From assembly GCA_963736005.1 (NCBI GenBank), contig CAVTNB010000003.1, positions 288,001-352,000 of the forward strand: a stretch of DNA of 64,000 nt, read 5' to 3'. The position numbers and the translations under genes are program-made. The notes beneath the pieces were generated by a model that worked only from the letters and a program-made list of their open reading frames with translations, was not told where the DNA came from and did no database searches. Shown here one piece after another: positions 30,960-41,097 of the stretch. Each line of letters begins with the position of its first letter. Position 1 is the first letter of the stretch. The stretch is from an uncultured Pseudomonadota bacterium (lineage in GTDB: Bacteria > Vulcanimicrobiota > Vulcanimicrobiia > Eremiobacterales > Eremiobacteraceae).

Positions 30960-31137
30960 TTGCCCTTCCCTTCCGATGAGAAGCTTGGAAATCGTTGCGG
31001 CTCCGGCGTGAACCGATGCCCGACGCTAATTGTCGCTGCACGAGACGTTTACCTGAAACGAGTGAGGCTCGGGTTTTGACTAGGAGAGGCGGTTTCGAGC
31101 GCTTAAAATTGCAAAGCACCAAGACCAGGAGGGCATT

Positions 31138-31722
31138 ATGGGTAGCAGTTCTGAAGCGGGAACACTCCGCTGGCTCACATCGGTTGACGACGCGGTTACG
31201 CAAGCAAAGTCGACCGGAAAACTTGTGCTCTTGGACTTCTTCAGCCCGACCTGAGGAGGTTGCAAAGCGCTGGATACCGTGACGTATCCTCAATCCTTCG
31301 TCCAAGCCATCATCAACGACTATTGCGTCCCTGTTCAGGTGAACAATACAATCGATGGGAACGAACCTGTCATCGAGCGGTTCCGTCATATCTGGACGCC
31401 CGATCTGCGCGTTCTTGATGAGAGCGCTCTCGAGCTGTACCACTGGAACGGCTATCTGCCGCCTGCGGAGTTCGCGGCGCGCCTGCTTGCCGGATTGGGG
31501 TTTGCCCGGCTACGGCTGCGCCAGTTCGAGGCAGCCGAAGGCCTGTACGCGGACGCTCTACGCCGTTTCCCGACGACGTTCGCAGCACCGGAAGCGCAGT
31601 ACTTCAGCGCGGTGACGGGCTATCGCAAGACGGGCGAAGCCAACGCCCTGCTGCATGGCTGGCACGAGCTCGAAAAGACCTACCCGCAGTCAGAATGGAC
31701 TGCAAAACAGAACTTCGATTGA
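31138..31722 (+). CDS. thioredoxin-fold/TPR selenoprotein candidate (U39-G-G-C42)
   Basis: AGGAGG RBS before ATG 31138. In-frame KLVLLDFFSPT-TGA(31252)-GGC-KALD continues into ORF 31279-31722. WTP cis-Pro motif; TPR-like C-terminus (FP.T..APEAQY). Confidence 0.85.
31255..31299 (+). promoter_or_regulatory. putative bacterial SECIS element
   Basis: Apical hairpin GGATAC-CGTGAC-GTATCC (31272-31289). Loop starts 23 nt after the UGA, with G at loop position 2. Confidence 0.65.
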
Positions 31723-31788
31723 AGAAGCGGCGCCAGCAATGGACAGGCTAAAGGATGGCGACGCACCCAACTGTGAGAAGAATACCAA

Positions 31789-32259
31789 ATGTTAAGGCGC
31801 TATGCTTTGGTGGTAGTTGTTGCAAGTGCGCTGGCGGTCGCTGCCGCGCACGCCGACGAACCCGAAACTAAGCAAACCCCAAACTCACAAATCATTGTGT
31901 TAAACTGCTACCCGCACGAGCACGGCGCTGGGGTATCGCATCCATGGATCGATCCGTATGGAAACTGGCACTATACCGGTGCATTCCCAAATGATGAGGG
32001 CTTCTTGGGCGTTGACTATCGAAACGACGCGAAGATGTCTGCAACCGAAATCGACTTTGGACTTGTCGTTCGGGACTCGCTTGTAGCGACGGCAAAGGAC
32101 ATCGGCACCTTCTCGCCGGGTATCGAGATCAACCATGAGTTCGTCATAAGCCGCGAAGTTTTTCCGATCGGCACGGCGTTCCCATACTGCGCGGTACTGC
32201 GCGTTAAATACAGCGATGGGTCAGAGTGGCGCAATCCTACCCCGCCGCCAACTGGGTAG
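31789..32259 (+). CDS. secreted hypothetical protein
   Basis: Signal peptide ending AHA; D.GTFSPG, C....V.Y.DGS.W. Confidence 0.7.
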   Translation: MLRRYALVVVVASALAVAAAHADEPETKQTPNSQIIVLNCYPHEHGAGVSHPWIDPYGNWHYTGAFPNDEGFLGVDYRNDAKMSATEIDFGLVVRDSLVATAKDIGTFSPGIEINHEFVISREVFPIGTAFPYCAVLRVKYSDGSEWRNPTPPPTG

Positions 32260-32316
32260 GCAACAGCCCGCGACAACAATGAGTCTCCTATAGGGACGTT
32301 CTTCGGGGGCGCAAGG

Positions 32317-32357
32317 TGGCGTCAGAACTGCTCCGTTTTTCCGCATGCCAACACCCC
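32317..32357. repeat. degenerate right-end TIR copy (type C)
   Basis: TGGCGTCAGAActgcTCCgtTTTtCCGC...CCA..ACCCC aligns with 46679-46721 in the same orientation. Confidence 0.7.
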
Positions 32358-32602
32358 CAGATTCACGGTGGGGTAGTTAGACTTGCGCCGGAAATGCCGC
32401 ATTATCTGCAATCAAAGCGAGAATTTGTCTGAGCTTAAGCTCGCACTGCTGAAAAACGTGAGTTGCCCCCCCTGTTCCCAAAACACCAGCATTTCCAGCG
32501 CAAGTTAAGGCAGAGCGTTCCGACGTCTCCTTGAACATCTCTTGAGACCTCGTTGAGCAAAGCTTTAGGACTTTCATGGCGCTCACCTGGTATAGTTCGC
32601 GG

Positions 32603-33289
32603 ATGAGAAAAGTACTCAGACTCGCACTTGTCAGCGCCAGTCTATGGCTAGCCGCATGCGGCGGCGGAGGTAGTTCACTGCCCGCACCGGGTGAGACCCC
32701 ATCTCCTGGCCCCTCGCGTAGCCCGTTGCCTTTCTTGCCTCTCAAGGTCGGCAATACATGGACTTATGCGTGCTACCTGGGCACCCCGGTGCCGGGAGCG
32801 TCAACATTCCCCAAGACCAACCAGGTGATCGGCTCAACAACCGTTGGCACCACAGTGACGTACGAGTACCAAGAGCAGCTTCCCACTTCTCCCACAACGG
32901 GCAGCACTCAGATACAGCTGCTCGCTAACGATACGAATGGTAACGCCCTTCTATATGGCTATATGGCAAATCCGACTGCATCACCGATGGCAGTGACACC
33001 GACGGTTATCATTCCCCATGTTCCCGGCCCTCCGCTTACATCGTTCTATGATTATCCCGCCCAAGGAGGCGGAACAATCAGCCGCGTGTTCTGCTGCACA
33101 GGCAATACAAACCTCACGGTCTTCGGCGTTCTTCCGGTCAGCGAATATTTCGACGGCTCTCAGGTGTTGTCGTCGACAACCGACGGCTATGGCTATGAAA
33201 TTGGCAAAGGCGCCATGGAAGAAGTGCACAACTCCAATAACGCGAGTCCAAAAGTCGACTGCCTAATCACAGCCACGCCCTCGCCATAG
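32603..33289 (+). CDS. lipoprotein, hypothetical
   Basis: Lipobox LAAC, GGGG linker, PLKVGNTWTY motif. Confidence 0.75.
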   Translation: MRKVLRLALVSASLWLAACGGGGSSLPAPGETPSPGPSRSPLPFLPLKVGNTWTYACYLGTPVPGASTFPKTNQVIGSTTVGTTVTYEYQEQLPTSPTTGSTQIQLLANDTNGNALLYGYMANPTASPMAVTPTVIIPHVPGPPLTSFYDYPAQGGGTISRVFCCTGNTNLTVFGVLPVSEYFDGSQVLSSTTDGYGYEIGKGAMEEVHNSNNASPKVDCLITATPSP

Positions 33290-33404
33290 ATGTAGCGTCA
33301 GCACGCGTTTACGACGTCCTGGCCGCTTGTTCGTCAAGACTTCATGGCGCCAAGAAGGGCCAATCTGCGAGCGACACAGCCGATGTCGCGGCCCATGATA
33401 AGTT

Positions 33405-33432
33405 TCGGGCCATCGGTTAACCGATGGCCCGA
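33405..33432. terminator. perfect 28-bp palindrome between convergent genes
   Basis: TCGGGCCATCGGTTAACCGATGGCCCGA. Confidence 0.65.
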
Positions 33433-33452
33433 GGTTTGTGACCCGATCGTTC

Positions 33453-36400
33453 TTACATCTTGAACTGGAGTTGGAAAGTCATTTGGAACGGGTTGAATCC
33501 ACCTGCGTATGGTTGGTTGAGGTAAGGATAATTGTATTGTGGGATTGCCGGCGCAACGTTCCCCACAGGATCGTTTGGCCCCGTACCGTTCCAGAAGTTC
33601 GATACGGCAAGGCCGTTTGCACTATAGAAGCAGGTTTGATTGCCAGGTGGAAACGCTTTGGTCCATGGTGTCGAGGAACCGCCGAAGCATGTGTTGAGGA
33701 TGTTCGCAAAGATTATACGCCCGGTAACCGTGGGGCTGATCTCTGCACTCACTTGAGCCGCAAGATTGAGTAACCACGGCTGTCTGTACTGACCAACTGA
33801 ATCGAATGTGCCAGTTGTTGGATTGGGAATCGCAAGCAAGCCGCCATTAACAAGCGACGCGCCGCAGGTGACGAAGTTTGCCTTACCAGGGTTACCGTCG
33901 GGTACTCCCGCTGCGCCCTGGTTTTGGCCACACGTCCTTGGATCGTAACCAATGATGTCAGTCGGGTCACCGTAATTATCTCCCGACAGCAGCGAGAATA
34001 TCGGACTAATCGAGAATCTCTGATGCTTGAAGGCGAGGTATCCGTGGAATAGATATGGCCACACATTTGAGTTTGCGCCGTTTAGCGCCCCACTCGGAAA
34101 CGTTTGATACGGCAAGTACGATCCATTCCGATCCAGATCTGGTTGCCTCGGATCAAAATAGTAGGGGTTGATAATCGTGCTGCCCGTCGCCGAGGGACTC
34201 AATGTTATGTTAGAACCGGAGACGATGCATTCGGACGGCGCGGCCACGCCGCCATCGTAGCACGGCGCGCCTTTGAGACCTTGAACGTTTCCAGCCGACG
34301 TGAGTGCGTTGAAGCCGTCGATGAAGCCGTTCAAAACGTCGATTCCATTGGTTCCATTGGGTGTGTCGAGCAGCTTCACTGTTGCGTGGGTGTACGTAAA
34401 CGAGAACTGGCCCGATAGACCATCGGCACCTGGGTTGCCACCACTAATCGAGAATTCGACACCCTGCGCTTGTTCGTTACCGTACGGGAAGCCGCTAGCA
34501 AAGTTGGGTCCCAGCGTTACTGTTCCATACTCGTCGTGCGACGACCGGAAGAACGGCGACAAACGAAAGGCCCAAGTCGAATGGGGAATTCGCTGCTCCA
34601 GCGAAAGATCGTAATTATTAGCTGTCACCGGCGGCAAATCGTGCCGAGGCGTGGTGAACCCCAAACCCCAGAAGTTCACAAAATTGAATGCTGCCGCATT
34701 CTTGCCGGCTCCCGGCGCATACAAGTATTCTGTGAACGCCGTCTCAACCGGTTGGGCATAACGGCCGTAATTGAACCGAATGACCGTGTCATCGCTCAAC
34801 GAGTAGGTGCCACCAAAGCGGGGTAGCCATTCACTATGATCGATGGGGCCGCTGATCGAGTTGGTAAACAACAAGTGTCCGTCGAGGCCATCGGGATGAA
34901 CCGTCGGCTTCCCGGTGATCGGGCTGTTCGGGCAGGTCAAATCGATGTACGGCGCAGCCGGTGGCGCCTGCAGTGGGCCAAGCGGCAGGCGCACGGGCTG
35001 TCCTGTCGCTGGGTCGTAGCAATACTCCTGGGCGGCTGCGTGGAACCAGAAATTGTTGTCAGCCGTATCAGAATTTGCCAAGTCATATTTGTAGTTCTCG
35101 AATCGTATCCCACCGTTTAACAAAAGCTTATCACTGACTTTAAATTCGTCCTGGAGACCGCCCGTGGTAAACGTAGGAGCGACCGTGTTATACGTGCCGG
35201 TCGGGCCCAAGAATGAGACGTGCCATGCAGCTCCTGCAGCCCCCGCGGCACCGACGATCGGGACTCCTCCCTGGGTTGGACTCGTGAACGTTCCTGTAGC
35301 CAGCGGATTGCTGCACCAGGTTCGCTCTCCGGCGGTAATTGGTGCCCCAGTATTCGGGTCGGTTCCCGCGACTGCTGCGTAACAATTGCCGCTGGCGTCG
35401 GATAACACGGTAGCCGACGAACCAGGTCCATTGAGCATTTCACTGTTGTTGAACCGTAGCGTGTGTGCCGTGGTGAGATTGGTCGTGAAGTTCAACAGAT
35501 TCCGGTCGCTTATCTGATCTTGGAACTGCAGTTCGCCGCCGTACGTGTGTGAAGACAACTCGTAATCGGGAGCGGCAAGCGTCGGAGCCAGCTGTGCGAG
35601 TCCAATTTCATAAGTGTACACGGTGTCAATTGGAGCGTTTTCCAGCCAATTCGAATACAGCGAATATGCAAAGAACCGAAGGTACGCATTCGAACCCATC
35701 GCGTGCGTATATTGGAACTTGCCGATCTCGTCGCTTACCGATATACCGTCACGCGCGTCGACGCCAATCGTCGAATTGAGCGCCCGGTTGGTTGGGGAGC
35801 TTGGGAACATGTACCGGATGTACGGAAGATTTGACCCATTATTTCCGGCACCGGTCGTCGTCACGGTCTGTCCGAAGCTCGTACCATTCGGCCACGCATA
35901 CCCATCAGCGTAACATGGTGCCGGAGTGGCACAAATGCCTAAGAGCGTAATCAGATTCAGAAACCCGGTTCCTCCTGTGAGGGTCGCGACATTTGCGAGG
36001 CCACCGTCATCATTAATGCTGCTGTAGTATTTTTGCGGTAGAAACGAGCCGCTGTACAGGGTTTGAATGTCGTCACGACTGCCATCGTGCGGGTGCGGAA
36101 TGCCAAAGTGGAGATTTACAACGGCCTCGTGGTCGGAGTAACCCGCGCCGCCATATGTTTCTCCGGTCCCGACATTGTCATTGATGACTTGCGGTAACCC
36201 CTTTATGAAACATCCCGCATTCGTGTTTGGATTCGGTATCGGCCACGTCAAGACTCCGCCAGGTCCAACGCTGCAATATGGAAGCGTTCCTTCGCCATAG
36301 AACGTAAAAAGTGCCGCATTGTACGACGAGGGGTTTAAGAAGGGCGAAGTTACGGATTGCCCACCATTAAACTGATCAAGGTAACGGATGCTTTCTGTGA

Positions 36401-37277
36401 AATTCGAGACGCCGGCATAGTATGTGAACTTACGGTCCGGAGTGGCACCGCCGATGTCGAGTTTTGCGCCATTCCAAAGCGACGGGGAACCAACGGAGAG
36501 ATCTAAGTTCGCAAAACCCGGATAGGTTCCAGTCTTGATCACTTGGTTTATGAAACCGGAGACCGTTGACGTGGACGAACTCGCCGGGGCACCCCCCGTA
36601 TACACTTCTATTTGCTCGTTGCCCAACGTTGACAACGTGTCGCCGTTGTACTGGTCAAATGCACGATTTACGGGCACGCCGTCATATTCATATCCAACCT
36701 CAGTGTAGTTGCCCCCGTGGATGAACACGGTTTGACCCCAGCCAGCGTTGCTCGAGAAGTGATAGATGCCAGGGACGTTATCGAGCGCCGAGTATGCATT
36801 TTCCAGGTTATTACCACCGCCGGACGCTTGGACCGCTTGAATCTGCGTCGCGTTCATCGTGTAGACGTTCGAAGTTTGGCTCCTGCTGACAAGCGATGTC
36901 GACGCGCCCAAGACAGTTACTTTTCCCAGGGTCGCAACGGTTCTGCGAGTTACAAGGTTGACCGTTTGCACCTGGTCGGCAACGACGGTGACGCCCAATT
37001 GAACGACGGAATCGTATCCTTCTTTGCTGGCGGTCACCGTGTACGTGTCGGCTGCGAGAGACAGCATCGCATAGTGTCCATGCGAGTCAGTAAGCGCCGT
37101 AGAGCTTTGTGATGGTGAAGTGGCCGCAACACGGGCACTTGTAATTGGCGTTCCATCGGTGAGAGAAACATTACCATTGATTGCCCCAGTTGTACCCGCC
37201 AGTGTCCTTGTTGCCTGGAAAGTAAACAACACTAGGGCTACCAATATACCTACACGGTATAAGCTCCTTACTAGCAT
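33453..37277 (-). CDS. TonB-dependent receptor with N-terminal carboxypeptidase regulatory-like domain (Oar-like)
   Basis: Signal peptide, AGTTG.ING, TD..G.Y, YEYDGVPVNR plug, GFINQVIKTGTYPG, PRFGGTY barrel strands. Confidence 0.9.
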   Translation of the reverse strand: MLVRSLYRVGILVALVLFTFQATRTLAGTTGAINGNVSLTDGTPITSARVAATSPSQSSTALTDSHGHYAMLSLAADTYTVTASKEGYDSVVQLGVTVVADQVQTVNLVTRRTVATLGKVTVLGASTSLVSRSQTSNVYTMNATQIQAVQASGGGNNLENAYSALDNVPGIYHFSSNAGWGQTVFIHGGNYTEVGYEYDGVPVNRAFDQYNGDTLSTLGNEQIEVYTGGAPASSSTSTVSGFINQVIKTGTYPGFANLDLSVGSPSLWNGAKLDIGGATPDRKFTYYAGVSNFTESIRYLDQFNGGQSVTSPFLNPSSYNAALFTFYGEGTLPYCSVGPGGVLTWPIPNPNTNAGCFIKGLPQVINDNVGTGETYGGAGYSDHEAVVNLHFGIPHPHDGSRDDIQTLYSGSFLPQKYYSSINDDGGLANVATLTGGTGFLNLITLLGICATPAPCYADGYAWPNGTSFGQTVTTTGAGNNGSNLPYIRYMFPSSPTNRALNSTIGVDARDGISVSDEIGKFQYTHAMGSNAYLRFFAYSLYSNWLENAPIDTVYTYEIGLAQLAPTLAAPDYELSSHTYGGELQFQDQISDRNLLNFTTNLTTAHTLRFNNSEMLNGPGSSATVLSDASGNCYAAVAGTDPNTGAPITAGERTWCSNPLATGTFTSPTQGGVPIVGAAGAAGAAWHVSFLGPTGTYNTVAPTFTTGGLQDEFKVSDKLLLNGGIRFENYKYDLANSDTADNNFWFHAAAQEYCYDPATGQPVRLPLGPLQAPPAAPYIDLTCPNSPITGKPTVHPDGLDGHLLFTNSISGPIDHSEWLPRFGGTYSLSDDTVIRFNYGRYAQPVETAFTEYLYAPGAGKNAAAFNFVNFWGLGFTTPRHDLPPVTANNYDLSLEQRIPHSTWAFRLSPFFRSSHDEYGTVTLGPNFASGFPYGNEQAQGVEFSISGGNPGADGLSGQFSFTYTHATVKLLDTPNGTNGIDVLNGFIDGFNALTSAGNVQGLKGAPCYDGGVAAPSECIVSGSNITLSPSATGSTIINPYYFDPRQPDLDRNGSYLPYQTFPSGALNGANSNVWPYLFHGYLAFKHQRFSISPIFSLLSGDNYGDPTDIIGYDPRTCGQNQGAAGVPDGNPGKANFVTCGASLVNGGLLAIPNPTTGTFDSVGQYRQPWLLNLAAQVSAEISPTVTGRIIFANILNTCFGGSSTPWTKAFPPGNQTCFYSANGLAVSNFWNGTGPNDPVGNVAPAIPQYNYPYLNQPYAGGFNPFQMTFQLQFKM

Positions 37278-37841
37278 GAGGGACCCCTTTCTGCACTGTG
37301 CATGAGAGAGGGTACACGTCACGTCGCGGGCGCGTGCCCGCAGCGTAGACGCGGACATCGGCCTTCCCCCACGAAAGGTCAATTTCAGCGCGTTAATTAT
37401 GCGGTAAGCTCCCTTTAATCCTTTACTGAAAAAAGTAAAAAGGGCTTGGATTTATGCCAGGGTTTCGACCACAATTTCAGCGTTTATGTAGATGCCGATC
37501 GATGGTGTGAATTTTTCCGCTGGTCTTTCAACCGACGAACGACGCATCTATGATGCGAACGGGTACCCCTGCCACACCGAAGGCCTACACATTCTTGAAC
37601 GGTAACTTGCAATCAGTTTACCAACCATAGGTATCTAACGACCCACTCGCCGTGCCCAACTGTAACGCAGGGGATGTTATCGGCGACTCTATTCCCGGAG
37701 GCAGCAGCATAACAGAGGAACACCAGCGTACTTGGTCTAGCATAAGTGCAGGGCTCTATATATGACACTCTATGTCGAGTATAGCGAGGTAGGATTGACG
37801 TTGTCGGAAAGACGTCACCTCATGGCGACTAATCGAGGTAT

Positions 37842-38333
37842 ATGACGAATAATAGCACCTCCGAGCGTGATGGCCGCAAGGACTTTGATTTTCTCATCGG
37901 GACCTGGCGCACCCATTACAAACGCCTTTCCCAACCGCTTAGCCAAAGTCACGATTGGTACGAATGCGACGGCACCTCGGTCGTTCGCTCCTTATGGGAT
38001 GGTAGCGCAAATATCGAGGAGGGCGACCTTCGATGTCCAAAGGAGTACATTCGCAGCCTGACGCTTCGCGTATACAGCGCCACATCACACCAATGGTCGC
38101 TTTACTGGGGAACAGAAAAACGAGGCTTGGCACCAGGTGCGCAGGTGGGACATTTCGATGATAACGGTTTGGGCGAATTCTTCGCAGACGAGACGTTCGC
38201 AGGCAAGGTAATCGTCGTGCGTTATCAGTGGAAGGTACCGAGTGGCGATCGCCCCCACTTTGAACAAGCATTTTCCGAGGACAAAGGCAAAACGTGGGAA
38301 ACGAATTGGATTTGCGACTACACGCGCACATGA
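37842..38333 (+). CDS. DUF1579-like protein
   Basis: DFDFLIGTW, TLR.Y, W..YW, EQAFS.D.GKTWETNW. Confidence 0.85.
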   Translation: MTNNSTSERDGRKDFDFLIGTWRTHYKRLSQPLSQSHDWYECDGTSVVRSLWDGSANIEEGDLRCPKEYIRSLTLRVYSATSHQWSLYWGTEKRGLAPGAQVGHFDDNGLGEFFADETFAGKVIVVRYQWKVPSGDRPHFEQAFSEDKGKTWETNWICDYTRT

Positions 38334-38548
38334 CTGGAGGCCACAACCGGACGTTTGGGTTGGATCCATTTGATTCAACCCGTGTCTGATCGAATATTTA
38401 ACAATAATGCCTTCCGCTAACGACTTCAAACAGATCTAGGCCATCCATGCATACAGTGCGGGTTGGTGCGTGGGAAAAAGCGGTGAGGCCTTCCTCAGTA
38501 AGGCCGCTGTAGCTGACGAACAATCCCCGGGTCCACTGCGCTCTGCGT

Positions 38549-39067
38549 TCAGTTTTCAGGAGAATTCGTAGGCGCTAGAATAGGGCGTTGTCGGCGGGTC
38601 CTGTCGACGCCCGAGGCGGAAAGGATCGCATTAACGTCGTTTATCAAAGCGAGGGTGAGCACACTATTGGGCGCAGGCGCGCAAGCGAGATCGGGCGATC
38701 TCCAGCCGAGCCATTGGATGTACGCCGTCGTTGCATTCCCGGCGTACGTCCCGCAAAACTCTTTCGCCGCCGCATTCCCGTCGCGCGCCGCTTTGAGATC
38801 AGCGAAGAACCGGTGAGCGAGCGAGGCCGAAATCGTAAAGGTTTTTACGGGGCCATGCGTCGCTCTCCCGCGATCTTGCAGCGTGAGATCGGCGTTGCCG
38901 TCGGCCCACACGTCCATTTTGTATCCCGACCAATCCGTCGAACCCGAATCGACGACCGTCGCACCGTCGCGCGCCGGCGTGTTCGCCGCGCAAACGGCAA
39001 GCGGTAACACCATCAACGATAAAGCAAATGCCACGCGAGCGATTCGCAAGCTAAAAGACTTGTTCAT
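38549..39067 (-). CDS. secreted hypothetical protein
   Basis: GGAGGGG RBS, signal peptide, DSGST...GY, SPDL.C. Confidence 0.7.
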   Translation of the reverse strand: MNKSFSLRIARVAFALSLMVLPLAVCAANTPARDGATVVDSGSTDWSGYKMDVWADGNADLTLQDRGRATHGPVKTFTISASLAHRFFADLKAARDGNAAAKEFCGTYAGNATTAYIQWLGWRSPDLACAPAPNSVLTLALINDVNAILSASGVDRTRRQRPILAPTNSPEN

Positions 39068-39230
39068 TTCCCCTCCTAAAAATAGCCCAGCACTCAGTCA
39101 GCGAAGTCGTTGAAGCGTTCGTCAATGAAGTGCCAGTCTAGCGTGCCGAAGCCGCTTGTTTACCCGATCCGCAGAAGCGACAAATCGTAGTTTTTTATCG
39201 CGGCTTCGACGACACGATTCTGGTTGTCAA

Positions 39231-40274
39231 TTACGGAACGAATCTTCCGATCTTGTTGCTCGAGCCCTCGGTGATCCAGAGATTGCCGTCGTGCCCGACC
39301 GATATACCGGTTGGATTGCTGCCGAAGGCGGCGGCTGGGTACTCAGTGATGGTCCCGGCAAGCGTGCTTTTTCCTATGCTGCCGTCTCCCTCGACGAACC
39401 AGATATTGCCATCAGGCCCGGCGGTGATTCCGAGCGGGTTACTGCCGACGGTGGGGCCTGGGAACTCAGTGATGACCCCGGCCGTCGTGATCTTTGCGAC
39501 CTTGGAGGTCGCGACCTCAGTGAACCAGAGGTTGCCGTCGGGTCCGGCGGCGATGCGCCCAGGCGCTGAACCGGCGGAGGGGATAGAGAACTCGGTGACG
39601 CTGCCCGCGGTCGTGATCCTTCCGATCTTATTGGCTATTGCCTCGATGAACCAGAGATTGCCGTCGGGCCCGGCCGTGATATCCACGAGACCTGGGTTGG
39701 TGGTGGGGAGCGCGAACTCGGTGACGGCGCCAGCGGTCGTCATCCTTCCGATCTTACCGCCGAGGTTTTCGGCGAACCAGAGATTGCCGTCAGGCCCGGC
39801 GGTAATCGCGATTGGAAGGGTTGTGGAAACGGGGAACTCTGTGATGGCGCCGGCGGTCGTGATCCTCCCGATGTCATCGCCGGCGGTGGCAATCTTGACG
39901 AACCAGAGATTACCGTCGGGCCCAGCGGTGATACCGAAAGGGATGTCGCCGCCGGTGGCGGGGATAGGGAACTCAGTGATGGTCCCGCCGGGTGTGATCC
40001 TTCCGATTTTGTTCGCCCCGTGTTCGGTGAACCAGAGATTGCCGTCGGACCCAGCTGCTATACCATAAGGAAAGCTGTTGGCCGTCGGTATCGCATACTC
40101 TGCGACCAAGCACGAGCGGCACGGCGTCGGCGTCGGTGTTGAATGGGGTGGTGGACCCTGAAACGCGCTTGCGCCCCCGCCACCACCGCATCCGGCGACA
40201 GCAAGCGCCCCGAATAAGATTCCGACAAGAGGGATGGAAAGGGCCTCGTGCAGTCCTGCCGATGGTCTCCGCAT
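39231..40274 (-). CDS. Vgb (virginiamycin B lyase)-like beta-propeller lipoprotein
   Basis: Lipobox AGC; seven GI.AGPDGNLWF.E...KIGRIT..G.ITEF blades. Confidence 0.9.
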   Translation of the reverse strand: MRRPSAGLHEALSIPLVGILFGALAVAGCGGGGGASAFQGPPPHSTPTPTPCRSCLVAEYAIPTANSFPYGIAAGSDGNLWFTEHGANKIGRITPGGTITEFPIPATGGDIPFGITAGPDGNLWFVKIATAGDDIGRITTAGAITEFPVSTTLPIAITAGPDGNLWFAENLGGKIGRMTTAGAVTEFALPTTNPGLVDITAGPDGNLWFIEAIANKIGRITTAGSVTEFSIPSAGSAPGRIAAGPDGNLWFTEVATSKVAKITTAGVITEFPGPTVGSNPLGITAGPDGNIWFVEGDGSIGKSTLAGTITEYPAAAFGSNPTGISVGHDGNLWITEGSSNKIGRFVP

Positions 40275-40431
40275 ATCAAATCTCCTCGTCAATGGTGGGG
40301 TTCCTGTGCAAATTTTAGTACACGCGGCTCGTCGGCACATCCGTAAACTTACGTAATATTACGGACGCTCTTGGCCGGTCATTTGCCCTATAATCGTCAC
40401 GGCGGTCAAAGCCTAGAATCGTGAGCACCAT

Positions 40432-40926
40432 GTGATCGACGACCCATTAACCGCTGACGAGCGGGTGCAACAGTTTTGGGATGCGTACGCAGCTTCCGCT
40501 CGAGTAGGCGTTGAAACGTTCACGGTGGTGAGGTTCGGCGATAGCTCTGATCTCGCCGATGAACTGGCCACACAGGTCGTTGCCGGTGAGAAGCGCGCAA
40601 CGACCAATCTTCTGCGAGATTACACCGAGCTCGGCAAGCCCATGCCCAAGCCTGGGTGCTTTGGCGTGGTGATAGACGGCAAGAACTCGCCGCGTTGCAT
40701 CGTTCACATACTACAAGTCGACATCAAGCCTCTTGGCGACGTCGATGAGAGCTTTGCCCGGGATGAAGGGGGCGGCGACCGCAGCCTTGAGTGGTGGCAA
40801 TCCGCCCACGCACGCTATTTCAAAAGGCAGGGTGCCCGCGAGGGGTTCGCGGTTGACGACGGCACCGAGGTTATTCTTGCACGATTTGAGGTTGTGTGGC
40901 CCCTTGAGCTTTCAGACCGACCCTAG
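40432..40926 (+). CDS. ASCH domain protein
   Basis: FGDS..LADEL...V..G.KRAT, FA.DEG.GDRSL.WW..AH..YF. Confidence 0.92.
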   Translation: MIDDPLTADERVQQFWDAYAASARVGVETFTVVRFGDSSDLADELATQVVAGEKRATTNLLRDYTELGKPMPKPGCFGVVIDGKNSPRCIVHILQVDIKPLGDVDESFARDEGGGDRSLEWWQSAHARYFKRQGAREGFAVDDGTEVILARFEVVWPLELSDRP

Positions 40927-41097
40927 TCCTGTAATCAGCCACCCCGAAAGGCCCACGAATCTTCACTGTGCGGGCTCGCTTTATAAAATCGCCGCGCAAA
41001 TCGTTAACGGGCGTTGTCGTGGCGATCGTGGAATATGCATGCCCGGCGTCCCAAGGTGGTCGCTTGAGTTTGGGTTTTGGTGTAACACAAACCGGAC

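Noticed and set aside
1..32316. Left TIR partner for the orphan end at 32317
   Set aside because: No GGGGT...TTCTGACGCCA match found by eye. It may lie outside the window or have decayed.
37382..37841. Long intergenic region as riboswitch or ncRNA upstream of the TonB receptor
   Set aside because: I could not recognise cobalamin, TPP or other consensus motifs by eye. An Infernal/Rfam scan would decide.
39231..40100. DNA-level tandem repeats and antisense 271-aa ORF
   Set aside because: Explained by the beta-propeller blades of the Vgb-like gene.
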